Positions 12,346-25,048 of a DNA stretch of 64,000 bases are shown here, piece by piece (positions within the stretch are counted from its first letter, which is position 1; the number at the start of each line of letters is the position of its first letter). Both the position numbers and the translations under genes were made by a program. The stretch covers positions 31,930,001-31,994,000 of the forward strand of contig OX597834.1 of assembly GCA_951406725.2 (NCBI GenBank). The letters run 5' to 3'. Under the pieces are notes generated by a model. That model saw nothing but the letters and a program-made list of their open reading frames with translations. It was not told the origin of the DNA and made no database searches. Source of the DNA: Octopus vulgaris. Taxonomy: Eukaryota.

Positions 12346-12841
12346 GCCGATGCACAAGAGTTAAAAGATGGTTTGTAAAATTCACAATGTGCAATAATTA
12401 TTCTCACTGTTATTCCTTCCTTCCTTCCTTCCTTCCTCACCTCTACCATCACATTACCATTTTATCAATGGTTAAGTATCTCCAACACAATACAATTCAG
12501 AAGACTTATTCCATATCGATTCCACTCAACAAGACTTGAGCAAAAAGAGAAAAAAGCAAAGAATTTCTCTGACAGCAAGTGTGGGTGCGCGTGTGTGTGT
12601 ATACTCACATACATACACCTTATATCTATGCACATGTGTGTGTGGGTGTGGGTGAGTGTGCATATATATACATATACATACATATATATATATATATATA
12701 CACACACTCACATATATGTATGTGTATGTGCATACGTGTTTTGTGGATGTGTGTATATGTGTATGTATATATGTGGGCATATATGTTTGCTTGCATGTTT
12801 GTCTATGTATGTGCATGTGTGTGTGTGTGTGTATGTGTGTG

Positions 12842-12891
<50 letters not shown>

Positions 12892-13067
12892 CATATATAT
12901 ATATACATATATATATATACATATATATATATACACAACACACATACATACATATATAAAATGAAAATAAGATTTAAAAAAGGATGTCAAAGAACGAAAG
13001 ATAAAATAATAGTAACGGTAATAACAATATTAAATACAACAACAAAAAACAAAAAACAATAAAAAAC

Positions 13068-13101
<34 letters not shown>

Positions 13102-13924
13102 TAATAATAATGATACTAATAATGATACTAATAATTGGAGAACTGGAAAGCTGAGATTCTTTTATATTCATGGTGCCAGGTAATCCCTTTAATTCTCTTC
13201 CTCCTCCCCTCGCTACTCCACATTCTGGCTTACCGATTTTTTTTTCCTTTTCCTTTTCTCTTTTCCGTATCACAGACTTCTTTGTCAACATAGATTAGTT
13301 ACAAACGATTAACTTTTTCTCTTTCGTTATATTCCTTCTTTGGTTTTGGTCTGTTTCGAGGAATAAATTCCATGAATGTTCTTCATCCACAGAGAGGGGA
13401 ATTTTTACTCTCTTTCAGTTTGTCTTTTACTCGTATTTCCACTCACTGGGCTGCAGCCATGCTGGAGCACCAGCATGGTGTCTCCATGAAGATGATTTAT
13501 ACAGACAAATCGACACCCCCAATCCCCTGCCCCAGTACTTACATATTTCAAAGTCTGGTACATTGCTGGGTGACAGGGATATTAACAAACCCAACACTAG
13601 TTGTCAAAACAGTGATGAGGAACAGACACACAGACACACATATTAAAGGAAAAGGAAAACAAAAACCAAGGCAGGATGAGCATCTCAAGTCATTTAGAAT
13701 ATTTAATTAGAGTAAAGGTGAGTCAAAAAAGGAGAAGTAGAAGTAAGTAATTCTTTACAGCTGTTTCTGGGATAAGCCAGGTGATGGGTCAACATTCCCA
13801 TACACTGGGTATTCTGTCAGCAGAGACAAGGTGTGTATGCAGGAAAGTTCCAGACAGAGAATTCACAGTAGACAGAAGAATAAAGAGAGAAAAATATAGC
13901 ACGTATATCTATTTTTTGGGAAGT

Positions 13925-14060
13925 TAAGAGTTATTGCTGGTCATAGAGTGACCATTGGTTTCACACCTATCAAGTGCTTAGCAATATGTGCATTGCCAAT
14001 CGCTTTATAGGTGCAAAACAAATGGTCACTCTATGATCGACCATAACTGCGAACTTCCTA
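13925..14060. mobile_element. Inverted pair of hammerhead 3' halves (GAAAC CAATG GTC ACTC family)
   Basis: GACCATTGGTTTC at 13950-13962 and AAAACAAATGGTCACTC from 14015 lie in inverted arms. A related minus-strand copy at ~30645-30730 keeps GAGT CTGATGT. Confidence 0.4.
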
Positions 14061-14379
14061 AAAAAGTATATTACTGCACTAATGCTATAGTGTGTGCCAC
14101 TTTTGCAGATATATGTACTACTGACGATACATCTATCTATCTATTATCTCTCTCTATATATATACACACACACACATATATATATATATATGCAAACATA
14201 TACATATATATATACAAACATATACATACATACATACAAACATATACATACATATATATATATATACAAACATATACATATATATATATATATATATATA
14301 CAAACATATACTTAGATATAGATATATATATATATATATGTACAAACATATACATATATATATACAAACATATACATAC

Positions 14380-14412
<33 letters not shown>

Positions 14413-14417
14413 CAAAC

Positions 14418-14449
<32 letters not shown>

Positions 14450-14780
14450 AAACATATACTTAGATATAGATATATATATATATATGTACAAACATATACA
14501 TATATATATATACACACACACATATACAAGAGGCTTCCATGCAGTTTCTATCTACTGCATTCACTCACTAGTCATTTGGTCGGTCTGGAGCTATAGTAGA
14601 AAATATCTGCTTAAGGTGCTGTGCAGTGGTATTGAACACAAAACCATGTGGTTGCTAAGTGAGCTTCTTAGTCACACACCCATGCTTATGCATATATGTA
14701 TACATATAAATGTGTGTGTGTCTGTATGTGTATGCATGTAGATATGTATGTATATATGTATATGTGTGCGTGTATGTATG

Positions 14781-14868
<88 letters not shown>

Positions 14869-16081
14869 AAGCAGGCTTCCTCACAGTTTCTATCTATTGG
14901 TCACCCAGGAGTTATAGTAGAAGACATTTGCCCAAAGTGCTGTGCAGTGGGACCAAACCTGAAACCATATGGTTGCAAAAATAGCTTCTTAACTGCACAG
15001 CCACACCTGTGCCTCTTCAATCCCCTTCTCTTTACCTTCTTCTTCTTCTTCTTCCCATCCGCCTCCTCTCTGTTGTTGTTGTTGTGGTGGTGGTGGTGGT
15101 GGTTACTGCACCAATCTATCTAATTACTCTTTGACATGACTAAAGATCTTCAGATTTACCATTCCGTAATTGTCTGCGACAGACACAAAGAATGGTTCGG
15201 TCAAGCAGACTTGAGTTGTTTTAAACAGATTCATTCCATTCCAAAATAACTTTCTTTGTAATCTCATCATTATTCCTTACTTAATTCCTTCTGTCTCATC
15301 CCCACCCCACCCCACCACACCCCACACTCTCCCTCCCCCTTCATTTTCTTCCTTCCTCCACTGCTCTCTTCTTTCATCTTTCCTTTTCGTGTCCTTCCCT
15401 TCCTCTGTCTTTCTGCTCACCTCCTCTTTTCTTTCTTTCCATCTATCCTTCCTCATTTCCTTCCCTCTCCACTTTCTACCTTGTTTTTTTTCTTTCCTTC
15501 TTTCCTTCCTGCAACACCCCCCCTCCCATTGTCTTCTTCCTTCATTTCTGTCCAATATATCATACACCCCTCTATCTATGTCTATCAATGACCAAGCCGC
15601 CACAGTTTCCAATGGCCTAGTCCACTGTCCACCTTTCACTAGGTGCCACAGGCTGGTGTAATTCTTTCTTCTAAATGGTCTAGCATTATTCTGATTATTC
15701 TGTTCTATATTGGTGCCACAGGTTGGTATAATTCTGCATTGCAAATGGCCTAGTCCAATTCTGTATGGGTACCAGAGGTTGGTATATTCAGCTCACAGCA
15801 GAATATAAGTAAAAGTACACAGCAACTATTTTGTTCACTTGTAGTGCCAAGTTCAATTCCTGTGACAAGGCAAGATACCTGCAGTAGTCCTAGTTTTCTA
15901 GCCAGGGGGATCACTAATCTCTCATCCATTCAATGTTACAAAAAAAAAACGATAAAAATTGCAGGAAGTGCAAAAAGTCATGTTAACTGGAACGACTCAT
16001 GTACTGAGAAGAGCATTATCGCTGTGAAAACAATATCAATTCATGAATTTATTTGTTTATTAATTTTTTAAAATTATATAT

Positions 16082-16456
16082 GTCAAGGAATTTGAGAAAC
16101 TATGTAAATATAAAGATCTGGAAATTGAAATACAAAAGATGTGGCATCTTAAAGCAGGAACTGTTCCTGTTATTGTAGGTGCCCTAGGTATGATGAAAAA
16201 GAGATGTCAGAAACATCTAGATAAGATCCCAGGAGAACCATGTCTCAGAGAAATCCAAAAGATTGTGCTGACAAGTACTGCACACATCGTTAGAAAATTC
16301 CTACCCATTTAAATGTCTGTGTTGTATTACATGAAGATATTTCGCTACCTCCCCTCCCCAAGCTTTCAGTCATACTCTAACATCTCTTATCCTTCACTCA
16401 CCCCAGGATGGTGGGTGTGACTCGGCAAGCGACTGCAACAAAGATGCGGATTAAAA

Positions 16457-16514
<58 letters not shown>

Positions 16515-16545
16515 TAATAATAATAATGATAATATTAATAATGAT
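16082..16545 (+). mobile_element. Dong/R4-type non-LTR retrotransposon 3' end (restriction-like endonuclease tail) with (TAA)n tail
   Basis: Open frame 16082-16312 reads VKEFEKLCKYKDLEIEIQKMWHLKAGTVPVIVGALGMMKK...IQKIVLTSTAHIVRKFLPI*, followed by a 3' UTR and (TAA)n. Confidence 0.8.
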
Positions 16546-17275
16546 AACTTTTGCTAAATAGAAGACATTAAAAGAAGTTCTGTTTAAAAAGTAATGAAAT
16601 ATTGTCAAGCAGAAATGCAAACTAATTAAGTTGGAAAATCTTTCCATAGTAACCATGTTTTAATTACTAATGTGTGTGTGTGTGCATGCGTGTACTTAAA
16701 TACACACATGGATCTATGTAACTTTCTGATGTGTATGCACATGAATGTGTATGTGTGTGTGTGCATATATATATATATATTTGTATATGTATGTATGTAT
16801 GTATGTATTATGTATATATATGTATGTATATACACATGCACACATAATAAGTATATACATTTATAGATACATGCACATACACATGTACAGATATATATAT
16901 CATCATCAATATCGCCATTGTCATTTAATGCCCACTTTCTGTGCTGGCATGGTTTGAATGGTTTGACTGAGGACTAGCAAGCCAGAAGGCTGCACCAGGC
17001 TCCAATTTGATTTGGTAAGATTTCTACAGCTGGATTCCCTTCCTAATGCCAACCACTCTGAGAGTGTAGTGGGTGCTTTTTACATGCCGCTGACATGGGA
17101 GCCAGTCAGGCAGCACTGGCACTGGTCATGCATGAATGGTACCTTTTATGTGTCAGTCAGGCAGCACTGGCTTTGGCCATGCCCAAATAGTGCATTTTAC
17201 ATGTCACCAGCACAGGAGCCAGTCAGGCGACACTGGGATTGGCCATGCTTGAGTGGTGCTTTTTATGTGCCACCA

Positions 17276-17309
<34 letters not shown>

Positions 17310-17311
<2 letters not shown>

Positions 17312-17537
17312 CTTTACTACCCACAAGGGGCTAAACACAGAGGGGACAAACAAGGACAGACAAACGGATTAAATCGATTACATCGATCCCAGCGTGTAAC
17401 TGGTACTTAATTTATCGACCCCGAAAGGATGAAAGGCAAAGTTGACCTCGGCGGAATTTGAACCCAGAACGTAACGGCAGATGAAATACGGCTACGCATT
17501 TCGCCCGGTGTGCTAAGGTTTCTGCCAGATCATCACC
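17310..17537 (-). mobile_element. tRNA-derived SINE (GGTGAGCTGGCAGAA...GAGTTCAAATTCC...CCTTTCATCCTTTCGGGGTCGATAAA family)
   Basis: Many copies in the window, e.g. ~5955-6160, 10960-11161, 19630-20140, 25049-25486, 52123-52337, 59450-59635 and 60390-60855. Confidence 0.8.
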
Positions 17538-18134
17538 ATTCCATATCTGATTTCCATATTGACAGAGACTGGACAGTTTGACCACCCAGAGAACTGCACC
17601 AGGCTTTATTATCTGCTTTGACATGGGTCTCCGTGGCTGGAATTTCTAATGCCAACTGCTTTACAGAGTTGATTTGGGTACTTTCCATGCGGCACCAGCA
17701 CCAGTGGGGTTGCTGAGTAACTCACAAGACAAAACCCCCTTGACTGGGAAGGGGAGTAGTATTGAGGGAGGTGGTTTTGTACCTGTTATTGAGAGGTTGA
17801 AAGAATATCAGAAGAGAGATAGGAGTCTTGGTGTAGAAGAGAAACAGGGATGCCCCAGTTGGAAGAGAAAGGGGAAAGAGAGAGAGAGAAAATGCGAGAT
17901 AGGGAGAAATGGTGGTGGACATAGCCTTGTGGTACAGGCAGGGGTAATATAGATGAAGTGATACATAGGATTGGGCCAAGTGTGTCGGCGGGGTAGGGGG
18001 ATAGAGAGGGAAGTTTCATAAGAATTTGAAGAGAAACAAGGGAAGATTGAATAGAAGTGACAGTAGTAACTGATAGCAAGAGATATAGGAGGGGCTCAGG
18101 GGAAGATAGAGAGAGAGAGATCAATGGAATAGAG

Positions 18135-18334
18135 CAGTGGTTTTCAACCAGGGTTCCGCCAGTACAGTCCAGAGGTTCCGCAAGAAGTTACAAAACTACT
18201 AAAATCGGCAGTAATTTTTATTTCTCCTGTGCAGATATGTGTGCATAAGACTATTAAATTATTGCACAGGGGATCCTTGAGCCAGTGGAATGTTTCCTAG
18301 GGTTCCGTTCCAGCAAAAAGTTTGAAAAGCACTG
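18135..18334. mobile_element. hAT (Buster-type) MITE
   Basis: TIR CAGTGGTTTTCAACC / TTTGAAAAGCACTG. Perfect 8-bp TSD GAATAGAG (18127-18134, 18335-18342). Confidence 0.9.
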
Positions 18335-19174
18335 GAATAGAGTATAGCGAGGAGAGGTACATGGCATGAAGCCTCATGATACAGATAACTGTAATAAAAG
18401 AGTCTTTTATTATAGCCCTAGGCTGACCAAAGCCTTGTCAGTGGATACTGAAGAAGGAAATTGTGTAGAAGCCCTTTTCTTTCTTTTTTTTTTCTCTTTT
18501 CTCCTTTCTTCTTCCTGCTTCTGTATCTTCCTTCTTTTTTCTTCTTCTTTCCTCTTTCTTTTTCTTCTTCTTCTTTCCTCTTCTACTTTTTTCCTCTTTC
18601 TTCTTTCTTCTTCTTTCCTCTTTCTTCTTTCTTCTTTTCCTTTCTTTTTTCCCTCCTCCTCCACTACCTCAACCACAGTCTAGCAACTTCAAACAACAAT
18701 AAAGGTCCCACTTTCAACATTGATACAATTAATATGTCAGACACACATCTTTCACAGATAAAAAAAAAAAAGAAAAAAACCCTTCCATTCCCTCTTTTAT
18801 GTCTATTCTTTTACACCAGATTCCTACACACAACTCCCCCCACATCACCACCACCACCACCATCACCTTCCTCTCATCCAGTTCACAGCCAGCCAATGCA
18901 ATCTGCCAATTGTAATGCAACAACTGTTTGGCAGGCAGTCAGGCAGGCAGCCTGTCGGTTCTGTGCAAACACGGAAGGACAACAAAGATCTACCTTGCAA
19001 TGTTTTTCAAGCATTCGCACACGTCTCTCCTGCCATCTTGCTTCTGTTGCTTCTATTGTGAAAACTGATGTTTTTTTCCATTTTGATAAATGCTTTTGTT
19101 TCTCTCATGCAACAATGACTCCTTCATGTCAGTCTGGACATTTTCAAAAACTGTGTAGATTCAGAACTGGACTG

Positions 19175-19235
<61 letters not shown>

Positions 19236-19258
19236 ATATATATATGTATGTATATATG

Positions 19259-19289
<31 letters not shown>

Positions 19290-19362
19290 ATATATATATA
19301 TATATATATGTAGGTATATATATATGTATGTATATATATATGTGTATATATATATGTATAAG

Positions 19363-19399
<37 letters not shown>

Positions 19400-20141
19400 G
19401 GAGTGGCTGTGTGGTAAGTAGCTTGCTTACTAACAACATGGTTCTGGGTTCAGTCGCACTGCGTGGCATCTTGGTTCTACTATAGCCTCGGGCCAACTAA
19501 AGCCTTGTGAGTGGATTTGGTAGACGGAAACTGAAAGAAGCCCGTCACACACACACACACACATGTATGTATGTATGTATGTACGTACGTACATATGTAT
19601 ATGTTTGTGTGTCTGTGTTTGTCCTCACAAATTCTGCCAGGGTCGACTTTGCCTTTCATCCTTTCAGGGTCAATAAATTAAGTACCAGTTGTCTACTGGG
19701 GTTGATCTAATTGACTGGCCTTCTCCCCCAAAATTACTGGCCTTGTGCCAAATTTGAAATTATTTATTATTATTATTATTATTATTATTTCCCCTGGGGG
19801 GGTAACTTTTCCTTTTATCCCTTTGGGGTTGATAAAATAAGTAGCTGTCGATGACGGAGTGTCGATGTAAATGATTAACCCCTCCCCCAAAATTTCAGGC
19901 CTTGTGCCTAGAGTAGAAAGAATTACTGGTGAGATGGCAGAATCATTAACACGCCTGGCAAAATGCTTAGCGACATTCCTTCCGGCTCTACGTTCTGAGT
20001 TCAAATCCTGCCAAGGCTGTCTTTGCCTTTTGCCCTTTTGGAGGTCAATAAAACAGGTACCGGTTGAGCCCTGGGATCAATGACATAGCCCCGCACTCCA
20101 AAATTTCAGCCCTTGTGCCTATTGTAGAAAGGATTGTTACT

Positions 20142-20590
20142 GTTATAAATCTTGTATTTTGCGCACACTTTTGTATGGAGCAAAAGCATGCACTCCCTTC
20201 TATAGGCAAATAAAGAAACCTGAAACTTTTTACATGTTCTCTGCACGATATCTGCAACATAAAATTGCAGAATAAGATATCTAATGTCAAAATTTTATTA
20301 CATTTGTGATGTATCCAGTATTGAAAGCATGCTGTTGAGAATTCAGTGCTGATGTGCTGGACATGTTGTTTGAATGCAAGATGATTCTATTTCAATAATT
20401 CTTTGGCCATCAAGTAGAGGTATTCCGCTGTAAAGAAAGACCCATCCTTAGGCATAAGGATAACTTGAAGCAATCATTAAAATCCTTACAGCTTGATTTA
20501 ACATATTGGGGAAAGTTATGGCCTGGATCGATCTGAGTGGCACAGAATGTGCCATGTGATCTAAAGAATTTGAGCTGAAAAAAACCAAAC
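20142..20590 (+). mobile_element. RTE-clade (BovB-like) LINE 3' fragment, frameshifted
   Basis: Pieces translate to YKSCILRTLLYGAKA, SIESMLLRIQ, AGHVV, RPILRHKDNLKQSLKS and LDRSEWHRMC. Confidence 0.75.
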
Positions 20591-20849
20591 CATAAAAGAA
20601 TTATATCCTGCAATCAACATTCTATTCATAAGAATGTAAGATGTGATTTTGAGGGGGTAGATTTGACAGCTAATACTAGCAATTCAAGCATTCATTTAAC
20701 ACCAATGGCCCTGGGACATAACATGAATAAGGAAACCTTATTGTTTTATTGGTGAAACTATGATAAGTCAAAGACTAAAGATTGGTATTGGTAACAAAGA
20801 CTAAAGACTGTTGTGTTGTAGAGTGTGATTATCACGATGAAAGCAGCAC

Positions 20850-21575
20850 TGACAATTATTGTGATAATTAAGACGATGATAATGATGACTGATTGTGGCG
20901 GGGAGGAGAAGGATTGGGAAGACAATACTGGTGATTATGATGATGATGATGATGGTGACAATTATTGCAGTAATGATGGTCATGGTGGTGGTGGTGGTGG
21001 TGGTGATAGCAGCTGTAGTAGTAGTTGTGGTGAGGTAGTTGTTACGGTCATTGTTGGGGTGATGATGACGATGACGACAACGACAGTGGTGATGGTAGTG
21101 GCAATAATGGTGATGATGATGGTGATGATGATGACGACGACGATAATGGTGATGATGGTGAGTGGTGGTGATGGTGGTGATGATGATGATAGCGATGAGG
21201 TGATGGTGATGTTGGTGATGGTGATGATATGGTGATGATGGTGACAGTAATGGTGATGATGGTGAGTGGTGGTGATGGTGGTGATGATGATGATAGTGAT
21301 GAGGTGATGGTGATGTTGGTGATGTTGGTGATGATGATGATGACGACGATAATGGTGATGATGGTGAGTGGTGGTGATGGTGGTGATGATGATGATAGTG
21401 ATGAGGTGATGGTGATGTTGGTGATGGTGATGATGATGGTGATGATGATGACGACGACGATAATGGTGATGATGGTGAGTGGTGGTGATGGTGGTGATGA
21501 TGATGATAGTGATGAGGTGATGGTGATGTTGGTGATGATGATGATAATGACGGTGACAGTAATGGTGATGATGAT
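20850..21575. repeat. (GAT/GGT)n trinucleotide array with a ~105-bp higher-order unit
   Basis: The unit AATGGTGATGATGGTGAGTGGTGGTGATGG...AGTGATGAGGTGATGGTGATGTTGG recurs four times between 21143 and 21540. Confidence 0.9.
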
Positions 21576-21701
21576 GCTGTATCCGTCGTCACTTTCACAT
21601 TCCACTTCCTGGCGTTATTCTTCGGTAAATTCCTCACAGACAGGAAACAGCCACATTAATTCTCATTCCATGAAAATACCTTCACCAAAGAGCTTCTTCC
21701 T

Positions 21702-21717
21702 TGTTGCCATGGCAACA
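21702..21717. promoter_or_regulatory. Perfect palindromic RFX X-box
   Basis: TGTTGCCATGGCAACA matches the RFX consensus GTTGCCATGGCAAC. An ETS-like ACTTCCTG lies at ~21604. Function is untested. Confidence 0.4.
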
Positions 21718-21759
21718 CACAGTCTGTATTGTTACAGTCTCTCTTAGCAATCTATACAG

Positions 21760-21922
21760 CAACCATCACTGCCATGGCTATACCACCACCACCATCACCA
21801 ATGCTGTACCACTTCTACTACCACCATCATTGTACCATTACTACTACTACTACTACTACACCATTGTACCACTATTACTACCACCACTATTGTACAATTA
21901 CTACTACTACTACTTGTAGTAT

Positions 21923-21955
<33 letters not shown>

Positions 21956-22432
21956 AGCTGCTGTCACCACCACCACCATTGTACCACTATTACTACCACT
22001 ACTACTTCCACCACTACACCACTACCAGCATACCATTACCAGCACCACACCACCACCACCCTTGTACCATTTCTACCACACCACTCTTACTACTACCATC
22101 ACTACCACTACCACTATTCCCACTACTGTTGTACCACTACCATCCATCATAATCACTATGTGAACACATCCAAACCACCATGCCATCATTATCATCATCA
22201 TCTCCATCAACACCATCATCATACCATTGTCACTACACTATCGTGAATGCTACTACCACAATACCATCATTGACTCCAACTACTACCATACCAGCACCAC
22301 TACTGACATCAACACTACTATATTACCAACATACAACCACCACTACCATCACCACACATTGATTACTACCACCACCATCACCATCACCATCACCACTATT
22401 ACTACTACCACTACCACCACCACCACCAATAC
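21760..22432. repeat. (ACC/ACT)n trinucleotide array
   Basis: Directly visible. Confidence 0.9.
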
Positions 22433-23040
22433 TGCAGCACATACCACTCCAAAATACCACCATAGTGGAGTACAGCATGTCCATAATGGACATTGGAAGG
22501 AGACCACCATGTCTGGACTAGGCTGGGAAAGGAGTACACTCTTTAGATTGGACCAAAGAAATACGTACAAGAAGTCCATAGTGGACAATAGAGAGTGTAC
22601 AGCTTGACCACAGTGGAAAGTGAAGACCCTGTCCAGACCAATCAGCAGAATGAGACTGGAAAGTGAAGAGTGCAAACCAAGAACAGATTGCACCAGTAAA
22701 CCACTTGCAATTAAATGCACAAAGGGGTCAATTTCTATGTGATTGGGAAAGAGATTGCCATTTGCAACAGCAATGGGTCCCAAGCATTGGAATGGTTTCT
22801 TTCTGGTTAACACATTTGCCATTTTTTTTTTGTCTTCTGGAACTATGAAGCCTCTGCATGATTCACTGCAATATATTTCTGGGTAAACTTTAATCATGTA
22901 CTTTTCTCAAAATAATAATAATTCTTTCTACTATGGGCACAAGACATGGAATCTGGGGGGAGGGAGGGCTAGTTGAGTACATTCACCCAAGTGTTTCACT
23001 GGTACTTATTAAACCCAGAAGGATGAAAAGCAAAGTCAAC

Positions 23041-23231
23041 ATCATCATCATCATCATCATCATCGTTTAACGTCTGCTTTCCATGCTAGCATGGGTTGGA
23101 CGATTTGACTGAGGGCTGGCAAACCAGATGGCTGCACCAGGCTCCAATCTTGATCTGGCAAAGTTTCTACAGCTGGATGCCCTTCCTAACGCCAACCACT
23201 CCGAGAGTGTAGTGGGTGCTTTTACGTGCCA
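23041..23231 (-). mobile_element. SINE/LINE-tail repeat with (GAT)n tail (...GCATGGAAAGCGGACGTTAAACGATGATG family)
   Basis: Copies at ~16900-17277, 30222-30314, 44225-44372, 44673-44780, 54140-54410 and 59830-60163. Confidence 0.75.
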
Positions 23232-23501
23232 GTGGAATTTGAACTCAGAACATGAAGATGGATGAAAAGCTGCCATGCATATTGTCTGGCATGGCCAGCT
23301 CATTAGCCTTTCTAAAATAATTATAATGATGCTAACATAACGACAACAACTACACACATCCTACATAAAAACACTTTCAATACAGTGAAAATAAGAGCAT
23401 CACAATGATCCACAGCACATGCCCAAGACACACAGAGCTGCGCTTAGTAGTGCAGTGAAAGCATACGATAAAAATAAGACGTCTGAATGATGATGATGAT
23501 A

Positions 23502-23533
<32 letters not shown>

Positions 23534-23963
23534 GGTGGTGGTGATGGTGATGGTGATGATGATGATGATCCATCCTGCAGTTCTTGAGATATCTTGTTCA
23601 CAGACAAACAAACAAACACGACTGAAAACAATACCTCCGCCTTCACTAAGGTGGAGGTAATAATAATAATTTTTATTCTTTTCCGACCAGTCCATCAGAT
23701 GTAGTTACACATGACTGGTCACAATGCGTTCGCATTGTTTTAGCCTTCGAATGATGCCACCCCGCTGGCTAAGCGAGCAGGCCAACAGAAGAAAAAGTGG
23801 TGAAAGAATACAGCAGGGATCACCACCCCCTGCCGGAGCCTCGTGGAGCTTTTAGGTGTTTTCGCTCAATAAACACTCACAACGCCCGGTCTGGGAATCG
23901 AAACCGCGATCCTACGACCGCGAGTCCGCTGCCCTAACCACTGGGCCATTTTGCCTCCACATG

Positions 23964-23998
<35 letters not shown>

Positions 23999-24214
23999 CA
24001 TAATGATTTCAAATTTTGGCACAGGACCAGCTATTTTGGGGAGAGGATAAGTCAATTCCATCAACCCCAGTATTCAACTGGTACTTATTTTATTGACCCC
24101 GTAAGGATGAAAGGCAAAGTCAACCTTGGCAGAATTTGAACTCAGAACGTAAAAACAAATGAAATGCTGCCAAGCATTTTGCCCAGTATGGTAACCCTTC
24201 TGCCAGCTTGCTGC

Positions 24215-24991
24215 TCAAAAAGAGAAATAGCATGGAAGGGAAAAAATCATGTTTGGTCAATTTGCGAGAGATATGAATGCCAAGACAGATACAGAAGCAT
24301 TCATATGTGCAGCACAAGAACAAACATTAAGGATAGACTTTGTGAAGTTCAGAATTGACAACACAATTGAGAGTGACAAATGTGTGGTCGGAGGGGTGAA
24401 ACAGTATGGCACATTGTTAGCAAATGCCCAAAATTGGCACAACACGAATACAAAAGATGACATGACAATGTGGCAACAATGATCCATTGGAAGCTCTGCG
24501 GAAATCACAACCTACAAAGAGCAAAGAAATGGTATGACCAAATCTCAAAAGGAGTTACTCAGAATGAAGATTACGAAATTGTGTTGGATGCAATGATTCA
24601 GTGTGGTGGTCAGATGAGACAACAGAAACCTGACATTGTTGTTGTGAAGAAAAAAGGTAAAAAACATACCTGATAATAATCGACATGGCATGTCTTTGTG
24701 ACAACAAGATCAAAGAGAAAGAATGGGAAATGTGCAGTTTGTGGACAATGAAGAGAGCGGAAATGATACTAATAGTGATGGGCATGCTCAGAAGTACCAG
24801 CACTCAGCTACCATCATGGCTAAAATAGATTGATGCAAGTGTGAAGGTAGAACACCTACAAAAATCAGCATTGCTTGGAACTACAAGAATTCTTCACAGG
24901 GTTGTTGAAGCATGACCAGTAAACAAGTGTCACCTTAGTCTACTGGCTGTGGACAGCTGATACTTTCCATCATACCCAGCTGTGAGCTTTC

Positions 24992-25037
<46 letters not shown>

Positions 25038-25048
25038 AATAATAATAA
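24215..25048 (+). mobile_element. Dong/R4-type non-LTR retrotransposon 3' fragment (CCHC + RLE region) with (TAA)n tail
   Basis: Degraded translation TEAFICAAQEQTLR..., IHWKLC...KWYDQ...ENEDYEIVLDAMIQC...KPDIVVVKK...IIDMA..., LQKSALLGTTRIL. (TAA)n from ~24995. Confidence 0.82.

Noticed and set aside
12465-14984. Numerous [12 protein letters not shown] ORFs (also near 4.7-5.8, 9.8, 19.2, 43 and 51 kb)
   Set aside because: They are dinucleotide and tetranucleotide microsatellite artefacts.
20801-21747. His/Ser-rich and Met/Val/Asp-rich long ORFs
   Set aside because: They are translations of a trinucleotide array, open in several frames on both strands, with no splice signals or domain.
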